Source of the DNA: Octopus sinensis
Lineage: Eukaryota
Direction: 5' to 3'
Length of the DNA stretch: 64,000 bases
Assembly (NCBI RefSeq): GCF_006345805.1
Contig: NC_042999.1
Span: forward strand, 16,244,001-16,308,000
The position numbers were made by a program, and so were the translations under genes. This document shows positions 61,624 to 64,000 of the stretch, piece by piece (positions within the stretch are counted from its first letter, which is position 1; each line of letters opens with the position of its first letter). The notes beneath the pieces were generated by a model. That model was not told the DNA's origin and searched no databases. It was given only the letters and a program-made list of their open reading frames with translations.

Positions 61624-62294
61624 TATATACATATATAGATAAAACTTACTTGGAAAAGGATGCATGGCATTAGATCTTTGTGGATCTTAAAATGGCTTTT
61701 GCAGCCTCTTTTACAGTTGCAGACCTCTATTAGATTGGCTTACATTGCATTTAAAGGTGTGCACAGGCACCTACACAGAATATATACACATATACACATA
61801 TGGGATTCCATGCAGTTTCCACCTTCCATATTTACTCCCAAAAGCATTGATCAGCCTAGGGTTATAATAGAAAACACTAACCACGTTCCAAAGTAAGCAT
61901 CCTAACCACACATCCATATTTGCAGTGGGAACAATTAGGAATATGTCTAGAATTAATTGCTCTTGTTTTTTTTTTCCGAAAGACGTCCATCTTGTCATTT
62001 TCCTGTTTCTTTCATATCACAGTAATTATGTTCTTGTATCAATTGTTATTTATCTTTTTAGTTAGTTTTTTTTTGTTTTTCTTCATTTCATTATTTGATT
62101 GTTTGTTAATTGATGTGTTTATTTATTATTCGTTATCGCTAACCAACTAGAATTCTGGAGAATGTTCCCAAAGTATTATTCAAATGGTCTGATCACCGCA
62201 CATATGTATATAGATATAGACACACACACACACAAATATATACACACACACAAAGATATGTATGTGTGTGTGTATTAATATATATGCATGTCTG

Positions 62295-62461
62295 CAGGAG
62301 TGGTTGTGTGGTAAGTAGCTTGCTTACCAACCACATGGTTCTGGGTTCATTCCCATTGGATGGCACCTTGGGCAAGTGTCTTCTACTATAGCCTCAGGCT
62401 GACCAAAGCCTTGTGAGTGGATTTGGTAGACGGAAACTGAAAGAAGCTTATCGTATATATG

Positions 62462-62519
<58 letters not shown>

Positions 62520-62730
62520 TTTGCCTGTGTTTCTCCCCCTCACAACATCGTTTGACATGCGATGCTGATGTTCTTACGTTCTCATAACTTAGCAGTTCGG
62601 CAAAAAGAGACTGAAGGAACAAGTACCAGGCTTACAAGGAATAAGTCCTGGGGTTGATCTGCTTGACTAAAATGCAGTGCCCCAGCATGGTCACAATCAA
62701 ATGACTGAAACAGGTAAAAGAGTAAAGGAA
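62295..62730 (+). mobile_element. SINE family A, full length
   Basis: All modules present. Confidence 0.85.
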
Positions 62731-63096
62731 TATATAATATATATATATATATATACACACACACATATATATATAAATAAATATATACACATATACCTGT
62801 AAATACATATATACATGCATACATATATACATATATTTACATACATATGTATATATGTGTGTATATATACATATATATATTTGTATATATATATACACAC
62901 ACATATATATATGTGTGTATGTGTGTATGTATATATACACATATATATGTCTACACATATATACATGTGTATGTATATATATTTATATACATATGCATAT
63001 ATATACACACACATACACACATATATACCCATGCCAGCATGGAAGATGGATGTTAAATAACGATGATGAAGATATATATATATATATGTGTGTGTA

Positions 63097-63129
<33 letters not shown>

Positions 63130-63610
63130 TGTTTTTATCTCTTGATAACAGTCAGGTGCAACTTATGAGAAACAACTATAAGGAAATATTGAGGAATATG
63201 GTTGTGAGCTGTCTGGATGTTGTTAGAATAAATAAGAATGATGGCTTACATAATGGAATTTTACCGATTATTTTTAGCGTTATATTTATCTGTTACTTTT
63301 TTTTTTTGTCTTTTCAAGTATTTGTAAGAACACTCTGTCAAGTCTTTTTAAATTCTATTGACTATCAAATGTATAGCATTTGAAATGTGAGAGAAGAAAT
63401 AGAAAAAAAGGTGAAGGAAAGAGAATAGAAAAATGTGAGAGGGAGAAAGACAGAAATAGAGAGTGATGAAGAGAGAGAGAGAGAGAGAGAAAGAGGGGGA
63501 AGATGGGGAAATACAAATGCTTCAAAGAAGGAAAATTGTGTGAAAAATGTGTATTTTTTTATATACGGATGATACCATTATAGTTATCACAAAAATCTCA
63601 CTAATCGTTC

Positions 63611-63611
<1 letters not shown>

Positions 63612-63681
<70 letters not shown>

Positions 63682-63745
63682 TAATAATAGTAGTAGTAGT
63701 AGTAATAATAATATTGATAATAATAATAATAATAATAATAATAAT
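63612..63745. repeat. (AAT)n microsatellite
   Basis: Direct reading. Confidence 0.95.
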
Positions 63746-64000
63746 CCTTTTTGCTATACCAGTTGTGTACTGGGGTCGATCTAATGGACTGACCCCCTCT
63801 CCCAAAATTTCGGGCCTTGTGGCTAGAGTGGAAATGAATAATGTTCGTACAAAGGTGGCGAGCTGGCAGAATCGTTAGCATGCCAGACAAAACGCTTAGC
63901 AGTACTTCGTCAGTCTTTACGTTCTGAGTTCAAACTCCACCGACGTCAACTTTGCCTTTCATCCATTCAGGGCTCAATAAATTAAGTACCAGTTACATAG

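Overview
AT-rich, repeat-saturated eukaryotic DNA. The SINE families and dense TA/CA/CAT/AAT microsatellites point to an octopus (inference). I recognise no host protein-coding gene; nearly all supplied ORFs are microsatellite or repeat translations. The window holds four SINE-like families, 3' remnants of CR1/L2-type and RTE-type LINEs, degenerate piggyBac and Tc1/mariner transposases, TTAA-flanked MITEs and a solo LTR. The main result is about 14 type-I hammerhead ribozyme motifs (about 7 near-intact, the rest degenerate) from several unrelated sequence families. Most have the short palindromic stem III described for Penelope-like-element (PLE) hammerheads. Three divergent carriers share a unit length of about 540-553 nt and conserved non-ribozyme motifs, and sit in (TA)n tracts. 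One is a partial tandem, one a partial tandem plus a circularly permuted fold-back copy, and one a single unit. They are candidate cephalopod retrozyme-like or PLE-derived circular-RNA retroelements. All folds and alignments were done by eye and coordinates of repeat edges are approximate.
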